Source: Eledone cirrhosa (taxonomy: Eukaryota). Taken from it: 64,000 bases of DNA. The translations under genes were made by a program, and so were the position numbers. Below the pieces are notes generated by a model. The model saw only the letters and a list, made by a program, of their open reading frames with translations. It ran no database searches and was not told where the DNA came from. The stretch's first letter is position 1. Each line of letters begins with the position of its first letter. The stretch lies in contig OZ024746.1 of assembly GCA_964016885.1 (NCBI GenBank), positions 32,736,001 through 32,800,000 on the forward strand. The letters are read 5' to 3'. This document shows positions 1-14,800 of the stretch, one piece after another.

Positions 1-3000
1 CAACCTACAACACCCATCCAAACAGTCCACCCCTACATTCCAACCTACAACACCCATCCAAAAAGACCACCCCTACATTCCAACCTACAACACCCATCCA
101 AACAGACCACCCCTACATTCCAACCTACAACACCCATCCAAACAGACCACCCCTACATTCCAACCTACAACACCCAACCAAACAGTACACCCCTACATTC
201 CAACCTACAACACCCATCCAAACAGTACACCCCTACATTCCAACCTACAACACCCATCCAAACAGACCACCCCTACATTCCAACCTACAACACCCATCCA
301 AACAGTCCACCCCTACATTCCAACCTACAACACCCATCCAAACAGTCCACCCCTACATTCCAACCTACACCACCCATCCAAACAGTCCACCCCTACATTC
401 CAACCTACAACACCCATCCAAACAGACCACCCCTACATTCCAACCTACAACACCCATCCAAACAGACCACCCCTACATTCCAACCTACAACACCCAACCA
501 AACAGTACACCCCTACATTCCAACCTACAACACCCATCCAAACAGTACACCCCTACATTCCAACCTACAACACCCATCCAAACAGACCACCCCTACATTC
601 CAACCTACACCACCCATCCAAACAGTCCACCCCTACATTCCAACCTACAACACCCATCGAAACAGACCACCCCTACATTCCAACCTACAACACCCATCCA
701 AACAGACCACCCCTACATTCCAACCTACAACACCCAACCAAACAGTACACCCCTACATTCCAACCTACAACACCCATCCAAACAGACCACCCCTACATTC
801 CAACCTACAACATCCATCCAAACAGTACACCCCTACATTCCAACCTACAACACCCATCCAAACAGTACACCCCTACATTCCAACCTACAACACCCATCCA
901 AACAGTCCACCCCTACATTCCAACCTACACCACCCATCCAAACAGTCCACCCCTACATTCCAACCTACAACACCCATCCAAACAGACCACCCCTACATTC
1001 CAACCTACAACACCCATCCAAACAGTAAACTCCTACATTCCAACCTACAACACCCATCCAAACAGTACACCCCTACATTCCAACCTACAACACCCATCCA
1101 AACAGTCCACCCCTACATTCCAACCTACAACACCCAACCAAACAGTACACCCCTACATTCCAACCTACAACACCCATCCAAACAGTACACTCCTACATTC
1201 CAACCTACACCACCCAACCAAACAGTACACCCCTACATTCCAACCTACAACACCCATCCAAACAGTCCACCACTACATTCCAACCTACAACACCCATCCA
1301 TACAGTACACCCCTACATTCCAACCTACACCACCCAACCAAACAGTACACCCCTACATTCCAACCTACAACACCCATCCAAACAGTACACTCCTACATTC
1401 CAACCTACACCACCCAACCAAACAGTACACCCCTACATTCCAACCTACAACACCCATCCAAACAGTCCACCCCTACATTCCAACCTACAACACCCATCCA
1501 AACAGTCCACCCCTACATTCCAACCTACACCACCCAACCAAACAGTACACCCCTACATTCCAACCTACAACACCCATCCAAACAGTACACCCCTACATTC
1601 CAACCTACAACACCCATCCAAACAGTACACCCCTACATTCCAACCTACAACACCCAACCAAACAGTCCACCCCTACATTCCAACCTACACCACCCAACCA
1701 AACAGTACACCCCTACATTCCAACCTACAACACCCAACCAAACAGTACACCCCTACATTCCAACCTACAACACCCAACCAAACAGTACACCCCTACATTC
1801 CAACCTACAACACCCATCCAAACAGTACACCCCTACATTCCAATCTACAACACCCATCCAAACAGTAAACTCCTTCATTCCAACCTACAACACCCATCCA
1901 AACAGTCCACCCCTACATTCCAACCTACAACACCCAAACAAACAGTACACCCCTACATTCCAACCTACAACACCCATCCAAACAGTACACCCCTACATTC
2001 CAACCTACAACACCCATCCAAACAGTCCACCCCTACATTCCAACCTACAACACCCATCCAAACAGTCCACCCCTACATTCCAACCTACAACACCCATCCA
2101 AACAGTCCACCCCTACATTCCAACCTACAACACCCAACCAAACAGTCCACCCCTACATTCCAACCTACAACACCCATCCAAACAGTCCACCCCTACATTC
2201 CAACCTACAACACCCATCCAAACAGTACACCCCTACATTCCAACCTACAACACCCAACCAAACAGTACACCCCTACATTCCAACCTACAACACCCATCCA
2301 AACAGTACACTCCTTCATTCCAACCTACAACACCCAACCAAACAGTCCACCCCTACATTCCAACCTACAACACCCAACCAAACAGTACACCCCTACATTC
2401 CAACCTACAACACCCATCCAAACAGTACACCCCTACATTCCAACCTACAACACCCAACCAAACAGTCCACCCCTACATTCCAACCTACAACACCCAACCA
2501 AACAGTACACCCCTACATTCCAACCTACAACACCCATCCAAACAGTACACCCCTACATTCCAACCTACAACACCCATCCAATCAGTCCACCCCTACATTC
2601 CAACCTACAAGACCCAACCAAACAGTCCACCCCTACATTCCAACCTACAACACCCATCCAAACAGTACACCCCTACATTCCAACCTACAACACCCATCCA
2701 AACAGTACACCCCTACATTCCAACCTACAACACCCAACCAAACAGTACACCCCTACATTCCAACCTACAACACCCAACCAAACAGTCCACCCCTACATTC
2801 CAACCTACAACACCCAACCAAACAGTACACCCCTACATTCCAACCTACAACACCCATCCAAACAGTCCACCCCTACATTCCAACCTACAACACCCATCCA
2901 AACAGTCCACCCCTACATTCCAACCTACAACACCCATCCAAACAGTCCACCCCTACATTCCAACCTACAACACCCATCCAAACAGTCCACCCCTACATTC

Positions 3001-5819
3001 CAACCTACAATACCCATCCAAACAGTCCACCCCTACATTCCAACCTACAACACCCAACCAAACAGTCCACCCCTACATTCCAACCTACAACACCCAACCA
3101 AACAGTACACCCCTACATTCCAACCTACAACACCCATCCAAACAGTCCACCCCTACATTCCAACCTACAACACCCATCCAAACAGTACACTCCTACATTC
3201 CAACCTACAACACCCATCCAAACAGTACACCCCTACATTCCAACCTACAACACCCATCCAAACAGTACACTCCTACATTCCAACCTACAACACCCATCCA
3301 AACAGTACACCCCTACATTCCAACCTACAACACCCATCCAAACAGTACACTCCTACATTCCAACCTACAACACCCAACCAAACAGTCCACCCCTACATTC
3401 CAACCTACAACACCCAACCAAACAGTACACCCCTACATTCCAACCTACAACACCCATCCAAACAGTCCACCCCTACATTGCAACCTACAACACCCATCCA
3501 AACAGTACACCCCTACATTCCAACCTACAACACCCATCCAAACAGTACACTCCTACATTCCAACCTACAACACCCATCCAAACAGTCCACCCCTACATTC
3601 CAACCTACAACACCCATCCAAACAGTCCACCCCTACATTCCAACCTACACCACCCAACCAAACAGTACACCCCTACATTCCAACCTACAACACCCATCCA
3701 AACAGTACACCCCTACATTCCAACCTACAACACCCATCCAAACAGTACACCCCTACATTCCAACCTACAACACCCAACCAAACAGTCCACCCCTACATTC
3801 CAACCTACACCACCCAACCAAACAGTACACCCCTACATTCCAACCTACAACACCCATCCAAACAGTACACCCCTACATTCCAACCTACAACACCCATCCA
3901 AACAGTCCACCCCTACATTCCAACCTACAACACCCAACCAAACAGTACACCCCTACATTCCAACCTACAACACCCATCCAAACAGTACACTCCTACATTC
4001 CAACCTACACCACCCAACCAAACAGTACACCCCTACATTCCAACCTACAACACCCAACCAAACAGTACACCCCTACATTCCAACCTACAACACCCATCCA
4101 AACAGTACACCCCTACATTCCAACCTACAACACCCATCCAAACAGTAAACTCCTTCATTCCAACCTACAACACCCATCCAAACAGTCCACCCCTACATTC
4201 CAACCTACAACACCCAACCAAACAGTACACCCCTACATTCCAACCTACAACACCCATCCAAACAGTACACCGCTACATTCCAACCTACAACACCCATCCA
4301 AACAGTCCACCCCTACATTCCAACCTACAACACCCATCCAAACAGTCCACCCCTACATTCCAACCTACAACACCCATCCAAACAGTCCACCCCTACATTC
4401 CAACCTACAACACCCAACCAAACAGTACACCCCTACATTCCAACCTACAACACCCATCCAAACAGTCCACCCCTACATTGCAACCTACAACACCCATCCA
4501 AACAGTACACCCCTACATTCCAACCTACAACACCCATCCAAACAGTACACTCCTACATTCCAACCTACAACACCCATCCAAACAGTCCACCCCTACATTC
4601 CAACCTACAACACCCATCCAAACAGTACACCCCTACATTCCAACCTACAACACCCAACCAAACAGTCCACCCCTACATTCCAACCTACAACACCCAACCA
4701 AACAGTACACCCCTACATTCCAACCTACAACACCCATCCAAACAGTACACCCCTACATTCCAACCTACAACACCCATCCAATCAGTCCACCCCTACATTC
4801 CAACCTACAACACCCAACCAAACAGTCCACCCCTACATTCCAACCTACAACACCCATCCAAACAGTACACCCCTACATTCCAACCTACAACACCCATCCA
4901 AACAGTACACTCCTACATTCCAACCTACAACACCCAACCAAACAGTCCACCCCTACATTCCAACCTACAACACCCAACCAAACAGTACACCCCTATATTC
5001 CAACCTACAACACCCAACCAAACAGTCCACCCCTACATTCCAACCTACAACACCCAACCAAACAGTACACCCCTACATTCCAACCTACAACACCCATCCA
5101 AACAGTCCACCCCTACATTCCAACCTACAACACCCATCCAAACAGTCCACCCCTACATTCCAACCTACAACACCCATCCAAACAGTCCACCCCTACATTC
5201 CAACCTACAATACCCATCCAAACAGTCCACCCCTACATTCCAACCTACAACACCCAACCAAACAGTCCACCCCTACATTCCAACCTACAACACCCAACCA
5301 AACAGTACACCCCTACATTCCAACCTACAACACCCATCCAAACAGTCCACCCCTACATTCCAACCTACAACACCCATCCAAACAGTACACTCCTACATTC
5401 CAACCTACAACACCCATCCAAACAGTACACCCCTACATTCCAACCTACAACACCCATCCAAACAGTACACTCCTACATTCCAACCTACAACACCCATCCA
5501 AACAGTACACCCCTACATTCCAACCTACAACACCCATCCAAACAGTACACCCCTACATTCCAACCTACAACACCCAACCAAACAGTCCACCCCTACATTC
5601 CAACCTACAACACCCAACCAAACAGTACACCCCTACTTTCCAACCTACAACACCCATCCAAACAGTACACCCCTACATTCCAACCTACAACACCCATCCA
5701 AACAGTACACTCCTACATTCCAACCTACAACACCCATCCAAACAGTACACCCCTACATTCCAACCTACAACACCCATCCAAACAGTACACTCCTACATTC
5801 CAACCTACAACACCCAACC

Positions 5820-8800
5820 AAACAGTACACCCCTACATTCCAACCTACAACACCCATCCAAACAGTCCACCCCTACATTCCAACCTACAACACCCATCCA
5901 AACAGTACACCCCTACATTCCAACCTACAACACCCATCCAAACAGTACACCTCTACATTCCAACCTACAACACCCATCCAAACAGTCCACCCCTACATTC
6001 CAACCTACAACACCCATCCAAACAGTACACCCCTACATTCCAACCTACACCACCCATCCAAACAGTACACCCCTACATTCCAACCTACAACACCCATCCA
6101 AACAGTCCACCCCTACATTCCAACCTACAACACCCATCCAAACAGTACACTTCTACATTCAACCTACAACACCCAACCAAACAGTACACCCCTACATTCC
6201 AACCTACAACACCCATCCAAACAGTCCACCCCTACATTCCAACCTACAACACCCATCCAAACAGTACACTCCTACATTCCAACCTACAACACCCAACCAA
6301 ACAGTACACCCCTACATTCCAACCTACAACACCCATCCAAACAGTACACCCCTACATTCCAACCTACAACACCCATCCAAACAGTACACCCCTACATTCC
6401 AACCTACAACACCCAACCAAACAGTACACCCCTACATTCCAACCTACAACACCCATCCAAACAGTACACCCCTACATTCCAACCTACAACACCCATCCAA
6501 ACAGTCCAGCCCTACATTCCAACCTACAACACCCATCCAAACAGTACACTCCTACATTCCAACCTACAACACCCAACCAAACAGTACACCCCTACATTCC
6601 AACCTACAACACCCAACCAAACAGTACACCCCTACATTCCAACCTACACCACACATCCAAACAGTACACCTCTACATTCCAACCTACAACACCCATCCAA
6701 ACAGTCCACCCCTACATTCCAACCTACAACACCCATCCAAACAGTCCACCCCTACATTCCAACCTACACCACCCATCCAAACAGTACACCCCTACATTCC
6801 AACCTACAACACCCATCCAAACAGTCCACCCCTACATTCCAACCTACAACACCCATCCAAACAGTACACTCCTACATTCCAACCTACAACACCCAACCAA
6901 ACAGTACACCCCTACATTCCAACCTACAACACCCATCCAAACAGTCCACCACTACATTCCAACCTACAACACCCATCCAAACAGTACACTCCTACATTCC
7001 AACCTACACCACCCAACCAAACAGTACACCCCTACATTCCAACCTACAACACCCATCCAAACAGTACACCCCTACATTCCAACCTACAACACCCATCCAA
7101 ACAGTACACTCCTACATTCCAACCTACACCACCCAACCAAACAGTACACCCCTACATTCCAACCTACAACACCCATCCAAACAGTACACCCCTACATTCC
7201 AACCTACAACACCCATCCAAACAGTACACCTCTACATTCCAACCTACAACACCCATCCAAACAGTCCACCCCTACATTCCAACCTACAACACCCATCCAA
7301 ACAGTACACCCCTACATTCCAACCTACAACACCCATCCAAACAGTACACCTCTACATTCCAACCTACAACACCCATCCAAACAGTCCACCCCTACATTCT
7401 AACCTACAACACCCATCCAAACAGTCCACCCCTACATTCCAACCTACACCACCCATCCAAACAGTACACCCCTACATTCCAACCTACAACACCCATCCAA
7501 ACAGTCCACCCCTACATTCCAACCTACAACACCCATCCAAACAGTACACTCCTACATTCCAACCTACAACACCCAACCAAACAGTACACCCCTACATTCC
7601 AACCTACAACACCCATCCAAACAGTCCACCCCTACATTCCAACCTACAACACCCATCCAAACAGTACACTCCTACATTCCAACCTACAACACCCAACCAA
7701 ACAGTACACCCCTACATTCCAACCTACAACACCCAACCAAACAGTACACCCCTACATTCCAACCTACAACACCCAACCAAACAGTACACCCCTACATTCC
7801 AACCTACAACACCCAACCAAACAGTACACCCCTACATTCCAACCTACAACACCCATCCAAACAGTACACTCCTACATTCCAACCTACAACACCCAACCAA
7901 ACAGTCCACCCCTACATTCCAACCTACAACACCCAACCAAACAGTACACCCCTACATTCCAACCTACAACACCCATCCAAACAGTACACCCCTACATTCC
8001 AACCTACAACACCCATCCAAACAGTCCACCCCTACATTCCAACCTACAACACCCAACCAAACAGTCCACCCCTACATTCCAACCTACACCACCCATCCAA
8101 ACAGTACACCCCTACATTCCAACCTACAACACCCATCCAAACAGTCCACCCCTACATTCCAACCTACAACACCCATCCAAACAGTACGCTATCCAAACAG
8201 TACACCCCTACATTCCAACCTACAACACCCATCCAAACAGTCCACCCCTACATTCCAACCTACAACACCCAACCAAACAGTCCACCCCTACATTCCAACC
8301 TACAACACCCATCCAAACAGTACACTCCTACATTCCAACCTACAACACCCAACCAAACAGTACACCCCTACATTCCAACCTACAACACCCATCCAAACAG
8401 TACACTCCTACATTCCAACCTACAACACCCAACCAAACAGTACACCCCTACATTCCAACCTACAACACCCAACCAAACAGTACACCCCTACATTCCAACC
8501 TACAACACCCAACCAAACAGTACACCCCTACATTCCAACCTACAACACCCAACCAAACAGTACACCCCTACATTCCAACCTACAACACCCAACCAAACAG
8601 TACACCCCTACATTCCAACCTACAACACCCAACCAAACAGTCCACCCCTACATTCCAACCTACAACACCCATCCAAACAGTACACCCCTACATTCCAACC
8701 TACAACACCCATCCAAACAGTCCACCCCTACATTCCAACCTACAACACCCATCCAAACAGTACACTCCTACATTCCAACCTACAACACCCATCCAAACAG

Positions 8801-11800
8801 TACACCCCTACATTCCCACCTACAACACCCATCCAAACAGTACACCCCTACATTCCAACCTACAACACCCATCCAAACAGTCCACCCCTACATTCCAACC
8901 TACAACACCCATCCAAACAGTCCACCCCTACATTCCAACCTACAACACCCAACCAAACAGTCCACCCCTACATTCCAACCTACAACACCCATCCAAACAG
9001 TCCACCCCTACATTCCAACCTACAACACCCATCCAAACAGTCCACCCCTACATTCCAACCTACAACACCCAACCAAACAGTCCACCCCTACATTCCAACC
9101 TACAACACCCAACCAAACAGTACACCCCTACATTCCAACCTACAACACCCAACCAAACAGTCCACCCCTACATTCCAACCTACAACACCCAACCAAACAG
9201 TACACCCCTACATTCCAACCTACAACACCCATCCAAACAGTACACCCCTACATTCCAACCTACAACACCCATCCAAACAGTCCACCCCTACATTCCAACC
9301 TACAACACCCAACCAAACAGTCCACCCCTACATTCCAACCTACACCACCCATCCAAACAGTCCACCCCTACATTCCAACCTACAACACCCAACCAAACAG
9401 TACACCCCTACATTCCAACCTACAACACCCATCCAAACAGTACACCCCTACATTCCAACCTACAACACCCATCCAAACAGTCCACCCCTACATTCCAACC
9501 TACAACACCCATCCAAACAGTCCACCCCTACATTCCAACCTACAACACCCAACCAAACAGTCCACCCCTACATTCCAACCTACAACACCCATCCAAACAG
9601 TACACCCCTACATTCCAAACTACAACACCCATCCAAACAGTACACCCCTACATTCCCACCTACAACACCCATCCAAACAGTCCACCCCTACATTCCAACC
9701 TACACCACCCATCCAAACAGTACACCCCTACATTCCAACCTACAACACCCAACCAAACAGTACACCCCTACATTCCAACCTACAACACCCATCCAAACAG
9801 TACACCCCTACATTCCAACCTACAACACCCATCCAAACAGTCCACCCCTACATTCCAACCTACAACACCCATCCAAACAGTACACTCCTACATTCCAACC
9901 TACAACACCCAACCAAACAGTACACTCCTACATTCCAACCTACAACACCCATCCAAACAGTACACCCCTACATTCCAACCTACAACACCCATCCAAACAG
10001 TCCACCCCTACATTCCAACCTACAACACCCAACCAAACAGTCCATCCCTACATTCCAACCTATAACCACCCATCCAAACAGTACACTCCTACATTCCAAC
10101 CTACAACACCCATCCAAAGAGTACACCCCTACATTCCAACCTACAACACCCATCCAAACAGTCCACCCCTACATTCCAACCTACAACACCCATCCAAACA
10201 GTACACCCCTACATTCCAACCTACAACACCCATCCAAACAGTACACCCCTACATTCCAACCTACAACACCCATCCAAAGAGTACACCCCTACATTCCAAC
10301 CTACAACACCCATCCAAACAGTCCACCCCTACATTCCAACCTACAACACCCATCCAAACAGTCCACCCCTACATTCCAACCTACAACACCCATCCAAACA
10401 GTCCACCCCTACATTCCAACCTACAACACCCATCCAAACAGTACACCCCTACATTCCAACCTACAACACCCATCCAAACAGTCCACCCCTACATTCCAAC
10501 CTACAACACCCATCCAAACAGTACACTCCTACATTCCAACCTACAACACCCATCCAAACAGTCCACCCCTACATTCCAACCTACAACACCCATCCAAACA
10601 GTACACCCCTACATTCCAACCTACATCACCCATCCAAACAGTACACCCCTACATTCCAACCTACAACACCCATCCAAACAGTCCACCCCTACATTCCAAC
10701 CTACAACACCCATCCAAACAGTCCACCCCTACATTCCAACCTACAACACCCATCCAAACAGTACACCCCTACATTCCAACCTACATCACCCATCCAAACA
10801 GTACACCCCTACATTCCAACCTACAACACCCATCCAAACAGTCCACCCCTACATTCCAACCTACATCACCCATCTAAACAGTACACCCCTACATTCCAAC
10901 CTACAACACCCATCCAAACAGTACACCCCTACATTCCAACCTACAACACCCATCCAAACAGTACACCCCTACATTCCAACCTACAACACCCATCCAAACA
11001 GTCCACCCCTACATTCTAACCTACAACACCCATCCAAACAGTACACCCCTACATTCCAACCTACAACACCCATCCAAACAGACCACCCCTACATTCCAAC
11101 CTACACCACCCATCCAAACAGTCCACCCCTACATTCCAACCTACAACACCCATCCAAACAGTCCACCCCTACATTCCAACCTACAACACCCATCCAAACA
11201 GTACACCCCTACATTCCAACCTACAACACCCATCCAAACAGTCCACCCCTACATTCCAACCTACAACACCCATCCAAACAGTCCACCCCTACATTCCAAC
11301 CTACAACACCCATCCAAACAGTCCACCCCTACATTCCAACCTACAACACCCATCCAAACAGTACACTCCTACATTCCAACCTACAACACCCATCCAAACA
11401 GTACACTCCTACATTCCAACCTACAACACCCATCCAAACAGTCCACCCCTACATTCCAACCTACAACACCCATCCAAACAGTCCACCCCTACATTCCAAC
11501 CTACAACACCCATCCAAACAGTCCACCCCTACATTCCAACCTACAACACCCATCCAAACAGTACACTCCTACATTCCAACCTACAACACCCATCCAAACA
11601 GTCCACCCCTACATTCCAACCTACAACACCCATCCAAACAGTCCACCCCTACATTCCAACCTACATCACCCATCCAAACAGTACACTCCTACATTCCAAC
11701 CTACAACACCCATCCAAACAGTCCACCCCTACATTCCAACCTACAACACCCATCCAAACAGTCCACCCCTACATTCCAACCTACAACACCCATCCAAACA

Positions 11801-14800
11801 GTCCACCCCTACATTCCAACCTACAACACCCATCCAAACAGTCCACCCCTACATTCCAACCTACAACACCCAACCAAACGGTACACCCCCTACATTCCAA
11901 CCTACAACACCCATCCAAACAGTACACCCCTACATTCCAACCTACAACACCCAACCAAACAGTACACCCCCTACATTCCAACCTACAACACCCACCCAAA
12001 CAGTACACTCCTACATTCCAACCTACAACACCCATCCAAACAGTCCACCCCTACATTCCAACCTACAACACCCATCCAAACAGTACACTCCTTCATTCCA
12101 ACCTACAACACCCATCCAAACAGTCCACCCCTACATTCCAACCTACAACACCCATCCAAACAGTCCACCCCTACATTCCAACCTACAACACCCATCCAAA
12201 CAGTCCACCCCTACATTCCAACCTACAACACCCATCCAAACAGTACACCCCTACATTCCAACCTACAACACCCATCCAAACTGTACACCCCTACATTCCA
12301 ACCTACAACACCCAACCAAACGGTACACCCCCTACATTCCAACCTACAACACCCATCCAAACAGTACACTCCTTCATTCCAACCTACAACACCCATCCAA
12401 ACAGTCCACCCCTACATTCCAACCTACAACACCCATCCAAACAGTCCACCCCTACATTCCAACCTACAACACCCATCCAAACAGTACACTCCTACATTCG
12501 AACCTACAACACCCATCCAAACAGTCCACCCCTACATTCCAACCTACAACACCCATCCAAACAGTCCACCCCTACATTCCAACCTACAACACCCATCCAA
12601 ACAGTCCACCCCTACATTCCAACCTACAACACCCATCCAAACAGTACACCCCTACATTCCAACCTACAACACCCATCCAAACAGTACACCCCTACATTCC
12701 AACCTACAACACCCAACCAAACGGTACACCCCCTACATTCCAACCTACAACACCCATCCAAACAGCACACTCCTTCATTCCAACCTACAACACCCATCCA
12801 AACAGTACACCCCTACATTCCAACCTACAACACCCATCCAAACAGTACACCCCTACATTCCAACCTACAACACCCAACCAAACGGTACACCCCCTACATT
12901 CCAACCTACAACACCCATCCAAACAGTACACCCCTACATTCCAACCTACAACACCCATCCAAACAGTCCACCCCTACATTCCAACCTACAACACCCAACC
13001 AAACGGTACACCCCCTACATTCCAACCTACAACACCCATCCAAACAGTACACCCCTACATTCCAACCTACAACACCCAACCAAACGGTACACCCCCTACA
13101 TTCCAACCTACAACACCCAACCAAACGGTACACCCCCTACATTCCAACCTACAACACCCATCCAAACAGTACACCCCTACATTCCAACCTACAACACCCA
13201 TCCAAACAGTCCACCCCTACATTCCAACCTACAACACCCAACCAAACAGTACACCCCTACATTCCAATCTACAACACCCATCCAAACAGTACACTCCTTC
13301 ATTCCATCCTACAACACCCATCCAAACAGTACACCCCTACATTCCAACCTACAACACCCATCCAAACAGTACACCCCTACATTCCAACCTACAACACCCA
13401 TCCAAACAGTCCACCCCTACATTCCAACCTACAACACCCATCCAAACAGTACACCCCTACATTCCAACCTACACCACCCATCCAAACAGTACACTCCTAC
13501 ATTCCAACCGACAACACCCATCCAAACAGTACACCCCTACATTCCAACCTACAACACCCATCCAAACAGTCCACCCTACATTCCAACCTAGAACACCCAT
13601 CCAAACAGTACACCCCTACATTCCAACCTACAACACCCATCCAAACAGTACACCCCTACATTCCAACCTACATCACCCATCCAAACAGTACACCCCTACA
13701 TTCCAACCTACAACACCCCACCAAACAGTACACCCCTACATTCCAACCTACAACACCCATCCAAACAGTACACCCCTACATTCCAACCTACAACACCCAA
13801 CCAAACAGTACACCCCTACATTCCAACCTACAACACCCAACCAAACAGTACACCCCTACATTCCAACCTACAACAGCCAACCAAACAGTACACCCCTACA
13901 TTCCAACCTACAACACCCATCCAAACAGTACACTCCTTCATTCCAACCTACAACACGCAACCAAACAGTACACCCCTACATTCCAACCTACAACACCCAA
14001 CCAAACAGTACACCCCTACATTCCAACCTACAACACCCATCCAAACAGTACACTCCTTCATTCCAACCTACAACACCCAACCAAACAGTACACCCCTACA
14101 TTCCAACCTACAACACCCAACCAAACAGTACACCCCTACATTCCAACCTACAACACCCATCCAAACAGTACACTCCTACATTCCAACCTACAACACCCAA
14201 CCAAACAGTACACCCCTACATTCCAACCTACAACACCCAACCAAACAGTACACCCCTACATTCCAACCTACAACACCCATCCAAACAGTACACTCCTTCA
14301 TTCCAACCTACAACACCCAACCAAACAGTACACCCCTACATTCCAACCTACAACACCCAACCAAACAGTACACCCCTACATTCCAACCTACAACACCCAA
14401 CCAAACAGTACACCCCTACATTCCAACCTACAACACCCATCCAAACAGTACACTCCTTCATTCCAACCTACAACACCCAACCAAACAGTACACCCCTACA
14501 TTCCAACCTACAACACCCAACCAAACAGTCCACCCCTACATTCCAACCTACAACACCCAACCAAACAGTACACTCCTACATTCCAACCTACAACACCCAA
14601 CCAAACAGTCCACCCCTACATTCCAACCTACAACACCCAACCAAACAGTACACTCCTACATTCCAACCTACAACACCCAACCAAACAGTCCACCCCTACA
14701 TTCCAACCTACAACACCCAACCAAACAGTACACCCCTACATTCCAACCTACAACACCCATCCAAACAGTCCACCCCTACATTCCAACCTACAACACCCAT

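Noticed and set aside
3478-10065. 2195-aa and 974-aa P/T/H/Q-rich, mucin-like ORFs
   Set aside because: The 40-mer has no TAA, TAG or TGA in any plus-strand frame, so all three frames are open by composition. The starts are TTG point variants, the ORFs overlap, and there is no signal peptide or unique domain.
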